From positions 1 through 63,955 of the forward strand of contig JBMFSH010000015.1 in the NCBI GenBank assembly GCA_049967655.1: DNA of 63,955 nucleotides, in the 5' to 3' direction. This DNA comes from Acidobacteriota bacterium (lineage in GTDB: Bacteria; Acidobacteriota; UBA4820; DSQY01). The notes under the pieces were generated by a model, which was not told the DNA's origin, did no database searches, and was given only the letters and a program-made list of their open reading frames with translations. Positions 9,844-18,306 of the stretch are shown piece by piece. The stretch's first letter is position 1; the number at the start of each line of letters is the position of its first letter. A program made the position numbers and the translations under genes.

Positions 9844-10491
9844 ATGGCGCCCGAAGCGGTATATCTTGGGCCCATGGACAGGACCGAGGGCGCTCAATCC
9901 CTACCCGTGATGGCGCGCGATGCTGACGGGCGAGACGTGCTCCGATTTCGCGAGGGGGACGAGTCCGCCTTCGAGGCGCTGGTCCTGCGCCACGAACGCC
10001 AGCTCTACCAGATCGCCCTGCGCATGCTGGGGAGCCGGGAAGACGCCATGGAGGCGGTGCAGGAGACCTTCCTCCGAATCTTTCGATCGCTGAAGGATTT
10101 TCGGGGCGATGCGGCCTTTCGAACCTGGGCCGTGGGGATCCTCCTCAACCTTTGCCGAAGCAGGATCGTCAGTACGCGGGAGAGAATGAGGCGCAGGGAG
10201 ATGGCCCTGGTCAAAGCGGATGACGAGGGCGAAATGAGGGCGGTCGATCCTCCGGACCAGCGCCCCGACCCGGAGACCACGGCCCTCGGCGGTGAGCTGC
10301 GGCAGGCCCTGGAACACGCCCTCGGCCGGGTCACGCCCGAGCACCGGGAGATCCTTATCCTCAGGGAGATCCAGGGCATGGAGTACGAGGAGTTGGAACA
10401 GGCCCTCGGCTGTGCCCATGGAACGGTTAAGTCCAGGCTTTGCAGGGCCAGGCTGGCCCTGAGGGAGGCCCTAGAGGGCGTCTGGCCATGA
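9844..10491 (+). CDS. ECF sigma-70 factor
   Basis: Region 2 DAMEAVQETFLRIF..FRTW; region 4 REILILREIQGMEYEEL..GTVKSRLCRAR. Confidence 0.9.
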   Translation: MAPEAVYLGPMDRTEGAQSLPVMARDADGRDVLRFREGDESAFEALVLRHERQLYQIALRMLGSREDAMEAVQETFLRIFRSLKDFRGDAAFRTWAVGILLNLCRSRIVSTRERMRRREMALVKADDEGEMRAVDPPDQRPDPETTALGGELRQALEHALGRVTPEHREILILREIQGMEYEELEQALGCAHGTVKSRLCRARLALREALEGVWP

Positions 10492-11402
10492 GGTGCGAAG
10501 AGTTTCTTCGGGTGATGGATGAGGATGGCCCCGTCCAGTCGGGCGACGCCGGGGCCCACCTGGCTTCGTGTCAGGCGTGCCGGAGGGCTTTCGAGGAATT
10601 CCTCTCGGTGCGCAGGGAGCTCCGGGCGATGAGCGAGGGGGAGACTCCCGCCGATCTGCACGGACTCATCATGGCCCGCGTGCGGGCCGAGCCGGAGAGC
10701 GGGTCGCGGCGGGCAGGACGCTTCCGCTGGTTCCGCGCCGCGTGGGCTGGCCCCATCGCGGCGGTGGTCCTCTTCGCAGTGCTCGGCGGATGGGCCGTTC
10801 TCCACGAACTCCATCCCTTCCGTAAGGTGCCACCGCCCCTCGCCCGCCCCTCGCCTCAGGGCGAAGCCAAGGCCGAGGCTCCGCGGGAAGCGGCGACGAA
10901 CTTGGGCCGGCCTTCCCGGGGGATGAACGAGGCCCGACCGCCGGAGGCAACACCCGCGGCCCATCCGGCGGAACCGCCCGGGGCGGAGTTCGGGGCTCCC
11001 GTTCCCCTCGAAGGCGGCCCCTTTCCCGCGGCCGGGGAATTCAGGCGGAGCGAGCCGTCGGGCACCGAAGGCCCCCTCGCCCAATCGGCCCCCGAGGGCT
11101 CCACAGCTCCCCACAATCCCACCCCACTGGAGCAGGAGGAGGACGCCGCCCAGGGCACCTTCTATGTCCTCTGCTCCCTCCAGTCGGAGGATAACGGAAG
11201 CCCCATCGTCGTGAGCCTCCCGTCGACGGCCGCTCCTCCCAGCAACGCGCGCTGGTGGGTGGTCGTCAAGCGAAACGGGGGGATCCAGATCACCGATGCC
11301 CGAGGCCAAGCTTTGGCCGATCCCCAGGGCGGCATCGAGAGCGTGTTGGCCCCTCTGCACCCGCCGCCCGGCCGGTACCGCCTCCAGCGGGCCAACGGCT
11401 AG
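10488..11402 (+). CDS. Zinc-binding anti-sigma factor (zf-HC2), single TM helix
   Basis: MRCEEF..HLASCQACR; TM IAAVVLFAVLGGWAVL; Pro-rich linker; ATGA overlap with the sigma gene. Confidence 0.85.
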   Translation: MRCEEFLRVMDEDGPVQSGDAGAHLASCQACRRAFEEFLSVRRELRAMSEGETPADLHGLIMARVRAEPESGSRRAGRFRWFRAAWAGPIAAVVLFAVLGGWAVLHELHPFRKVPPPLARPSPQGEAKAEAPREAATNLGRPSRGMNEARPPEATPAAHPAEPPGAEFGAPVPLEGGPFPAAGEFRRSEPSGTEGPLAQSAPEGSTAPHNPTPLEQEEDAAQGTFYVLCSLQSEDNGSPIVVSLPSTAAPPSNARWWVVVKRNGGIQITDARGQALADPQGGIESVLAPLHPPPGRYRLQRANG

Positions 11403-11414
11403 GCGCGGCCGGGC

Positions 11415-12053
11415 CTACGCCTGCTCGGGGGGAAGCCTGGGCGGGCCGAGGGTGATCCGGCGCCCCAGCAGGGCGTAGTTCGGGCCGTTGTTCACCCCGC
11501 CCACCAGCCTGCAGACGGGTTCCCATCGCTCGGCGTCGGCGCAGCCCAGCTCGTCATTCCAGATCCGCTCGTCCACGTGAGCGCGCAGAACATCCAGCAG
11601 GACCAGATCGGAGGAGTCGTCCAGGGGGTGCTCCTCACGCAGGCGGCACTCCAGGGCCGTCGGCACGGCGGCCAGGCGTGGGACCGCGACCCAATCGGAG
11701 GGGAGAGTCGCAAGGCCCAGGAGGTCCAGCTCGCTCACCTCCGCGGCGACCTCCTCGCCGGAGGCGTGCAAGGCTTCGAGCGAGGCGGCGTCGGCGATGT
11801 GCACCACGGCCTCCCGGCGCTCCCGCAGATTGCGGTGGGTATCCTTGAGGGAGCCGTCGCGGCGCCGGCCGAAGGTGAGGGCAAGGGCCGGCGGGCTGAA
11901 GATCCCCATGAAGCTGGAAAAGGGCGCCAGGTTGAGGGTCCCCGCCGTCCCCAGGGTCAGCACCCAGGCGATGGGCCGGGGCACGATCAGACTCGACAGG
12001 ATCCTGTAGATATCCCTTCTTGGCGCGCTCTGTATATCGATCGTTCTGCTCAT
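11415..12053 (-). CDS. Flavin reductase-like (FMN-binding split barrel) protein
   Basis: IVPRPIAWV..NLAPFSSF, KDTHRN, LECRL; SD GGAGGAG before ATG 12053. Confidence 0.85.
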   Translation of the reverse strand: MSRTIDIQSAPRRDIYRILSSLIVPRPIAWVLTLGTAGTLNLAPFSSFMGIFSPPALALTFGRRRDGSLKDTHRNLRERREAVVHIADAASLEALHASGEEVAAEVSELDLLGLATLPSDWVAVPRLAAVPTALECRLREEHPLDDSSDLVLLDVLRAHVDERIWNDELGCADAERWEPVCRLVGGVNNGPNYALLGRRITLGPPRLPPEQA

Positions 12054-12244
12054 GTTTCGGGCTCCTCCACTGGGCGGGTGGTGCCTCTGGCCGGCCCTGC
12101 CAACAGGCCCCGTGCCTCGGATCGGGGTGGCCACGCTGGTCGTGACTCCTCGCGGGGTAGCGCCCGCCCATTTCCGGCGTGGACCGTTGTTCATTATACT
12201 GAGAAAGGGCCGCGTGCGGTCCCGCGAGAACCGGGGAGAAGGCC

Positions 12245-13594
12245 GTGGAGATTCGTCTGCCCTGGGGGGATTCGAGCCTGGCGCTCCAGGTGCCGGACAC
12301 CTGGAGGCTGAGCTTTCCTGCCCCGGCTCCCTCATCGAGCCCCCCGGAGGCCAGGGCCCCGGACGAGAGGCAACGCGTGACGGACGCCCTGCGGCGTCCC
12401 ATCGGCTGCCCACGCCTGAAAGAGATGCGCTCGCGGCGCGGCAGGGTCCTCCTCATCGTGGACGACAACACCCGTCCCACGCCGGCCCACCGCTTCCTGG
12501 ACCTCCTCCTTGATGAGCTCGAGGGAGCGGGGATTGCCGTGCGAGACCTCCTCCTCATCCCCGCCCTGGGCATCCACACTCCCATGAGCCAGAAGGAGAT
12601 GGAGGCGAAGGTCGGCGCCGCGAACCTCGCCCGCCTCGCCTGGGAGAACCACGACGCCTTCCGGAAGGAGGCCAATCGCTATTTCGGCGAAACGAGCCGC
12701 GGGACGCCCGTCTGGCTGAACCGGCACATCGAAGAGGCCGACCTCGTGGTGCTCGTGGGCATGGTCGAGCCCCATCTCTGGGCGGGCTTCGGCGGAGGCC
12801 TCAAGAACATCCTTCCCGGCGTGGCCCACGCCGAGACCATCGCCGCCCACCACGGCACCATCGCGGAGCCGCCCTACCTCTTCAACCGCGTGGGGATGGA
12901 CCCCGAGACCAATTCCTTTCGGAAGGACCTGGAGGAGGTGGGCGCCATGGTTGGCGTCCCCATCTTCTGCCTCAACGTGGTGCTCGATCACACCGGCGCC
13001 ATACTGGCTGCCTTCGCCGGAGACCCGGTGGCCTGTCACCGCGCCGCCACGGCCTTCAACCGAGGCCTCGCGGGCCGTCTGATGGGGCATCGCGTGGACG
13101 GCGTCATCACCGCCTCCCATCCCATGGACATCAACTTCAAGCAGAGCATGAAGTGCGTCGGCAACGCCCTTCCCGCCCTCAAGCCCCACGGCGTGGTCAT
13201 GGGCTTTCTCCGCGCGGAGCGCGGCATCGACGACGTGAAGCTACCCGAGAATGCGAAGCCGCTCTGGCTCGCGAGGCGGCTTCTGCGCCTTCTGGGCCCC
13301 TCGCGCGTCATGGGCTTGCTGGAGAGGGTCCGCCCGGGCCTTGGCGTGGAAGAGAAATTCCTCGCCTACTACACGATGCAGCTCATGCGCCAGCACGACC
13401 TCTTCCTCTACGTTCCCACGTTGGACGCCGAATCGGTCCGCCGCCTGGGGTTTTTCCGGCACACCGCGGAGCCGCAGGAGGTCATAGCGCTGGCCGCACG
13501 GAGGCTGCGGAAGAACGCCGAGGTGGCCGTTTTTCCCGAAGGCGGCGCCACCTTTCCCGTGCTACAGGAGTTCTGCCCCTTTTCAGCCCTCTGA
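12245..13594 (+). CDS. Nickel-pincer-dependent LarA-family racemase/epimerase
   Basis: DDNTRPTP, ALGIH, PHLWAGFGGGLKNILPGVA, TIAAHH, VFPEGG; substrate unknown. Confidence 0.8.
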   Translation: MEIRLPWGDSSLALQVPDTWRLSFPAPAPSSSPPEARAPDERQRVTDALRRPIGCPRLKEMRSRRGRVLLIVDDNTRPTPAHRFLDLLLDELEGAGIAVRDLLLIPALGIHTPMSQKEMEAKVGAANLARLAWENHDAFRKEANRYFGETSRGTPVWLNRHIEEADLVVLVGMVEPHLWAGFGGGLKNILPGVAHAETIAAHHGTIAEPPYLFNRVGMDPETNSFRKDLEEVGAMVGVPIFCLNVVLDHTGAILAAFAGDPVACHRAATAFNRGLAGRLMGHRVDGVITASHPMDINFKQSMKCVGNALPALKPHGVVMGFLRAERGIDDVKLPENAKPLWLARRLLRLLGPSRVMGLLERVRPGLGVEEKFLAYYTMQLMRQHDLFLYVPTLDAESVRRLGFFRHTAEPQEVIALAARRLRKNAEVAVFPEGGATFPVLQEFCPFSAL

Positions 13595-13623
13595 GGACCG
13601 CGCAGCCGGTCCGGCCGTAGGGC

Positions 13624-14079
13624 TCACAGGCTCACGTCGCGTTCCACCGAGGTATGGAGGATCACGAAGGTCTCCGTGGACTGGATCTCCTCGATGGCCT
13701 GGAGCTTTTCGGAGAGAAAGGCATAGAGGTCGGGGATGGTCCTGACCACCACCTTCGCCAGAAGGCCGTAGGTGCCCGTCGTGTAGTGGACCTCCACGAT
13801 CTCGGGGATGGCCTGCAGCCGCTGCTGCGTCTCGATGCTGGCCCCGGCCTTGGACAGGATGATCCCGACGAAGGCCGACACGCCGTACCCCAACTTCTCG
13901 TGATCCAGCGCCACTTGGGTTCCCTTGAGGAGACCCGCCTCCCTCATGCGGCCCACCCTCAGGTGGATGGTCCCGCCCGAGACCCCCAGGGTCCTGGCGA
14001 TCTCCAGGAAGGGAGTCCGCGCATCGGCCTGAAGGGCCCTCAAGATCGCCCGGTCCACATCATCGATTTCGTAATCCAT
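13624..14079 (-). CDS. asnC: AsnC/Lrp family transcriptional regulator
   Basis: IDDVDRAIL..DARTPFLEIA..VSGGTIHLRV HTH; HYTTGTY and IQSTETFVIL resemble E. coli AsnC; divergent from an Asn synthetase. Confidence 0.88.
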   Translation of the reverse strand: MDYEIDDVDRAILRALQADARTPFLEIARTLGVSGGTIHLRVGRMREAGLLKGTQVALDHEKLGYGVSAFVGIILSKAGASIETQQRLQAIPEIVEVHYTTGTYGLLAKVVVRTIPDLYAFLSEKLQAIEEIQSTETFVILHTSVERDVSL

Positions 14080-14089
14080 GCCCCATACT

Positions 14090-14210
14090 CCTCCAATGAA
14101 ATATCATATTATTATAGAATTGAGCTAATTTCAATGTAATAATCATAAATAAAACAATAATTGAAGTATCATTGCACCAATCTACTATTTGTGTTAATAT
14201 AGTGTCATTG
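14090..14210. promoter_or_regulatory. AT-rich asnC / Asn synthetase divergent control region
   Basis: Abrupt AT-rich tract; plus-strand TTGCAC-N17-TAATAT (14172-14200); palindrome ATTGA-N7-TCAAT (14119-14135). Confidence 0.7.
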
Positions 14211-14266
14211 CGAATGAGGCCGCGGCCCCCCCATGCGTCGCGGCATCCGCGCACAAGGAGGACACC

Positions 14267-15319
14267 ATGGCCCTGCGAGAGGAAGACCTGCCCCTCACCC
14301 TGGGAATCCAGCGGATCGAACCCGTCAACCTTCAGGATCCCTCGGTTCTCGCCGCCCTGGAGCAGGCAAGGCGCGCCCTGAGCAATCCCAGGTTGTTGGA
14401 TGTCCTCACCGTCCGGACCGCGATCCAGCAGTTTCTCTGCAACGCCCTGGCCGAGATGGGGTTCGTTCACCCTCCCGTGGCCATGCTCTCGGGCTGTACG
14501 GACCCCTTGAACCACTGGACCTATCCGGCGCGGCTCAACTATTACGGGGAGGAGGTCTCCGTCACCCAGTCCCTCATTCTCCAGAAGATGCTCATGGTGA
14601 TGCTCTCGCCCGCCGGCAAAGTTTTCTGGGCCTCGCCGAACATTCGGCTGGAGATGCGGATCAACCGCCGCGAATACAAGTACGCCTCCGAGTTCATGCA
14701 GGTGGACTTCGAACAGCGCGGCGGCACCTACGAGCAGGTTTTGTCCCTAGTATCGGACCTCGTGGCCGGGCTGTACGCCCACCTCTCGGACCGGTGCGGG
14801 GAGGTCGTCTCTCGCCTGAGGGGAGCGCCGCTGCCCGAGGTCACCACCCCCCTGGCTCTCTTCGACGCGGAGGAGGTCAAAGCGGCCCACGGACTCCGGG
14901 ACGACGACGCCGTGGAGCGGTGGGCCTCCTCACAGACGGAGGGGCGTCCGTTCCTTCTCGTGAACCTCAGGCGGGAGGCGTACGACTGCTTCGACGCCGA
15001 ACGGGGGCGCTTCCTGAATTACGACGTGGTGGTGCCCCCCGCCGGCGAGAACCCCCATCCCGTGGAGTGCCTCTCGGGGGCAGAGCGCACCCGCTCCCTC
15101 GTTGATCTGGAGCGGCGGATGCGCGAGTTGCGCTACCCCATGGCCTACTTCGCGCCCTTCTTCGAACTCTTTGCCTCCCTCGACCAGAACCGCGGCGCCA
15201 TCACGTGCTCCGGCGCCGGGTTCGGCGTCGAACGACTCACCTACGCCATCCTCGGCCTCAAGGATATCCACGAGGTCTACCCCTTTCCGCGGATGGCCGA
15301 GGCCAGGATCGCCGTTTGA
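14267..15319 (+). CDS. Archaeal-type asparagine synthetase A (AsnRS catalytic-domain paralogue)
   Basis: TDPL, TQSLILQK, SPNIRLE, EFMQVDFE, RREAYD..NYD, SGAER, motif 3 GAGFGVERL..EVYPFPR; no N-terminal anticodon-binding domain. Confidence 0.85.
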   Translation: MALREEDLPLTLGIQRIEPVNLQDPSVLAALEQARRALSNPRLLDVLTVRTAIQQFLCNALAEMGFVHPPVAMLSGCTDPLNHWTYPARLNYYGEEVSVTQSLILQKMLMVMLSPAGKVFWASPNIRLEMRINRREYKYASEFMQVDFEQRGGTYEQVLSLVSDLVAGLYAHLSDRCGEVVSRLRGAPLPEVTTPLALFDAEEVKAAHGLRDDDAVERWASSQTEGRPFLLVNLRREAYDCFDAERGRFLNYDVVVPPAGENPHPVECLSGAERTRSLVDLERRMRELRYPMAYFAPFFELFASLDQNRGAITCSGAGFGVERLTYAILGLKDIHEVYPFPRMAEARIAV

Positions 15320-15799
15320 GGCGCCGCGCGTCGCTTCCGGGAGAGCCCTTCTGGGAGCCGGGTCCATAATCCATCGGGTCCGGCTCCCGGAGGATCCCTC
15401 CAGCGGCGCGAGGTCCTGCCCCTCCCAACCTGGACCGCACACCCCATGAAACGCCGAGCAAGAACCCACTGCGAAGCCCTGGTTTGCGGGTGTGGCCCCA
15501 TCTTGGCCGGCGAGCCTTCGTGACGTATGCTGGCGGGGGTAGGTGCGCACGCAGGATGCCGCCCGGAGGCGCGGCAACCACCGTGCGGTCCACGCCTCGA
15601 CACAACAACCCGAGGGCGTCCGCGCAGCGGGGTCGGGGGAGCGTTGACGGGGCAACCGCTTTTGTTCATCCGCTGGCGAGGTTGTCCCAAAGGGGGCTTC
15701 TCTCGGTACCGGGCGCGCCCAGACTAGGCAGGTGCAGGGTACTCAAACCCGCGAGCCCAAGGAGAGGCTCCGGCGGAAAGTCCCTAGGGAGGAGAGTCC

Positions 15800-16192
15800 A
15801 TGAACACACGATGCACAAGGCTTCTCGCCATAGTGGCGCTGGCACTGCTGACCGTACTGGCCGCCTGCTCCAACAAGAAGTTCGGGACGGCTCAGGCGGA
15901 ACGTTGTCTCCGCGACTGCTTGAAGGGCTATTCCGTCCAAAATCTCACCATCACGAGCATCCAGCGTTCCCAGGCCGGTGACTCCTACCAGGTGACCGCC
16001 AGCTTTCAAGTGCCCTACAACGGAAAAACCGTGGAGTTCAAGAACCAGCTGTTCCTGATCACCTACGACCAGCCGGCCCACGAGTGGCGCACTCTCAATG
16101 GGCCGGCCGACAATCCCATGAGGGGACACATCTGGAGGGGGGACATCAGGAAGCTGAGCAAGGAAGACCCCGATCTCTTGAAGAAGAATTAG
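15800..16192 (+). CDS. Small lipoprotein of unknown function
   Basis: SD GGAGGAG; lipobox LAAC after a hydrophobic stretch; 130 aa. Confidence 0.75.
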   Translation: MNTRCTRLLAIVALALLTVLAACSNKKFGTAQAERCLRDCLKGYSVQNLTITSIQRSQAGDSYQVTASFQVPYNGKTVEFKNQLFLITYDQPAHEWRTLNGPADNPMRGHIWRGDIRKLSKEDPDLLKKN

Positions 16193-16296
16193 GGCCACTG
16201 CCCGCTCCAAGCCTCAGAGCGAACCGACCCGCCTCTCGCCATTTCGTTGTTCTGGGTCAAACAGCACTCGCATAAGGCATCCCTGATGAGCGGCAA

Positions 16297-16320
16297 GGGA
16301 AAGGCCGCCCTTCGGCGGCC
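16297..16320 (-). terminator. Intrinsic terminator after tRNA-Asn
   Basis: GGCCGCC-GAAG-GGCGGCC hairpin followed by TTT on the minus strand. Confidence 0.65.
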
Positions 16321-16340
16321 TCGTAAGTCCTTGATTTTAT

Positions 16341-16417
16341 TGGCTCCCCGGGAGGGATTTGAACCCCCGACCTAGTGATTAACAGTCACCCGCTCTGACC
16401 AGCTGAGCTACCGGGGA
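16341..16417 (-). tRNA. tRNA-Asn (GTT)
   Basis: TCCCCGG acceptor stem, TAGCTCAGCTGG D-arm, anticodon loop CTGTTAA, GGTTCAAATCC T-arm, encoded CCA. Confidence 0.97.
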
Positions 16418-16431
16418 GCAGAGCGGTGCCA

Positions 16432-16460
16432 AGTGTACCCAATCCCGCCCTTCCGGTCAA
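16432..16460 (-). promoter_or_regulatory. Sigma70 promoter of tRNA-Asn
   Basis: TTGACC-N17-TACACT. Confidence 0.7.
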
Positions 16461-18049
16461 GGGCGCTGGGCTTGGCTCTCCTTGCGCTTGCTCGGTTTTC
16501 TCTTCTTCAGGCTCTCGATGTACTCTCCGGCGTGATCCTTGGCTCCGAGGCCGAAGGCCAGGGCCAGTCCCAGCCCGACGGTGCCCAGCAGGATGGTGAA
16601 GGCGTTGACGACGATGGAATGGGCGATCTTGAGCTGGTCGAAGGCCATGAAGAAGGCGAAGACGATGATGGCGTAGCGGATGACGAGACCCACGATATCG
16701 CCTTCGAAGCTCCTGTCGCTGGCGAATCCGCGCTGGGCCATCTCTCCGACCACCCTGGCCAGATAGAAGCCCAGGCCGAGCACGACGAAGGCCACCAGGA
16801 CGTTGGGCAGGTAGAGGATGAGGCGGTCCACGGCGTCAGCGATGAGGGGGAGGTGCATCAGCCGGAACCCCTCCATCAGGAATACCAGCACCACCACGGC
16901 CATGATGATGTTGCCGCCCACGCGGGAGAGCGAGTAGGCGGACCGGCCGGAGTCATCAGCCTTCCCCTCCAGGCGCTCCAGGCCCAGGCGGCTCAGGAGC
17001 ACGTCGAATCCCACGTCCTGGAGGATCTGCGCAACGAAATCCCCCAGATAGCGCCCGGCGATGAGGCCGATGATCATCAGGATAAAGGCCGCCAGGATCC
17101 CAGGCACCGACGCGGCGACCCCGTTCATCATGGTCCCGAACGCGCCCGTGATGACGGGCAGGTCTAGGATGTTGAAGGTGGCGCCGAGGACGGGGACCAT
17201 GATCACCAGAAAGACCATGGTGCCCAGGATTCGGGCGATGTTGAGGGATTTCAGAACCGTCTCGAAGCGCATCCCCTCCACGAACCGGTTGATCCCCGCG
17301 GCCATCGCGAAATTGGTGGTGATCCGTTCGGCCAGACGGGCCAGAAAGTAGCCCAGCACCAGCACCACACCGGCCGAGAGCAGGTTCGGGACGTAGGCGA
17401 AGACCTTCGTGAACATCCCCTTGAGGGGATCCACGAGGGACTCCAGATCAAGGCTCTCGAGGAACGCGAGGAGCGAGAACATGATGATGAAGTAGAAGAC
17501 GAAGTTGCCGAAGGACTCGGTGACGTCGCGCTTCTCGCGCTTCTCGGCCCCCTCTTCTACGGCGAGGGCCTTGTCCAGCTTCTCACCCAGCTCGAGCTTG
17601 CGCATCCCCTTCATGACCAGGAACTTCGCCACGAGCGCGACGATCCACCCGCCCACCAGCACGAGGGTGGCCTTGAGGATCTTGGGAACGGCGAGCGTCA
17701 GCTTGCCCAGGATGTTCTCCTGAAGGACCGACCGGATAGCCTGATCCCCCAGCACCTCGAGGGCGATGATCACCACGATCAACAGGAGGATGTAGTAGAC
17801 CACCGTCTCCACCACCGAAGCCAACCGGCGTTTCGGCCGCTCTCCGGCCTCGGTGAGCGCATCCAGGCCCAGCATCCGGCCCAGCCGCTGGTCAAAATCT
17901 TCGGTGATCAGGATCTGTCGTACGATCCGGGCGGCGATCTTGGAGATGAACCACCCCAGGATGAGGATCAGGATGGCCAGGAAGAACTTTACGACCCAGG
18001 CTGCCCCTGCTCCGAGGAACCCCACCATGCTCTGGGTGACGGTTTCCAT
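16457..18049 (-). CDS. Multi-pass membrane protein with repeated MscS-type TM_helix units (CmpX-like)
   Basis: Repeated PKIL/PNLL/PGIL/PNVL-AxxxLxxG helices; ALAFGLG near the C-terminus. Confidence 0.8.
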   Translation of the reverse strand: METVTQSMVGFLGAGAAWVVKFFLAILILILGWFISKIAARIVRQILITEDFDQRLGRMLGLDALTEAGERPKRRLASVVETVVYYILLLIVVIIALEVLGDQAIRSVLQENILGKLTLAVPKILKATLVLVGGWIVALVAKFLVMKGMRKLELGEKLDKALAVEEGAEKREKRDVTESFGNFVFYFIIMFSLLAFLESLDLESLVDPLKGMFTKVFAYVPNLLSAGVVLVLGYFLARLAERITTNFAMAAGINRFVEGMRFETVLKSLNIARILGTMVFLVIMVPVLGATFNILDLPVITGAFGTMMNGVAASVPGILAAFILMIIGLIAGRYLGDFVAQILQDVGFDVLLSRLGLERLEGKADDSGRSAYSLSRVGGNIIMAVVVLVFLMEGFRLMHLPLIADAVDRLILYLPNVLVAFVVLGLGFYLARVVGEMAQRGFASDRSFEGDIVGLVIRYAIIVFAFFMAFDQLKIAHSIVVNAFTILLGTVGLGLALAFGLGAKDHAGEYIESLKKRKPSKRKESQAQRP

Positions 18050-18214
18050 AGACTCCCTCCTTCAGGTCCTCTGCCGAAATCCGTGCGAGCAGACGCTTCG
18101 AGCCGAGACCCGGACGCCGTCTCTGTCCCATCGCGACGACCCGCGGCCTGGGGCCCGCCACCCCTGCCCACCGAAGGCCGCCGCCCGGCCCATGACCGCC
18201 GCTGCGCCCCTTCG

Positions 18215-18267
18215 TTGACTACGTGCCGAGCCACGTCTATGCTACAGTCCGGAGAGGAGAATTGCAA
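18215..18267. promoter_or_regulatory. Overlapping divergent sigma70 promoters (TM_helix gene / lpt-rpoN operon)
   Basis: Plus TTGACT-N17-TATGCT (18215-18243); minus TTGCAA-N17-TAGCAT (18267-18239). Confidence 0.6.
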
Positions 18268-18306
18268 GGGTGAATCGCTCGCAAGCTAGACGCCGCGCCC
18301 CTTTCC

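Noticed and set aside
6598..9897. 1099-aa minus-strand ORF, and similar long antisense ORFs (e.g. 18286-20175, 34756-36744, 46511-48448, 52545-54224)
   Set aside because: High-GC shadow frames opposite genes with clear family motifs
12054..12190. Lysine riboswitch
   Set aside because: GCGCTAC and AGAGGCAC-like pieces occur in the wrong order, and the downstream gene is unrelated
14267..15319. Asparaginyl- or aspartyl-tRNA synthetase
   Set aside because: Lacks the N-terminal anticodon-binding domain; motifs fit the synthetase paralogue
15382..15398. GGCTCCCGGAGGAT as an att duplication of the tRNA-Asn 3' end
   Set aside because: Short, gapped match in GC-rich DNA; no integrase
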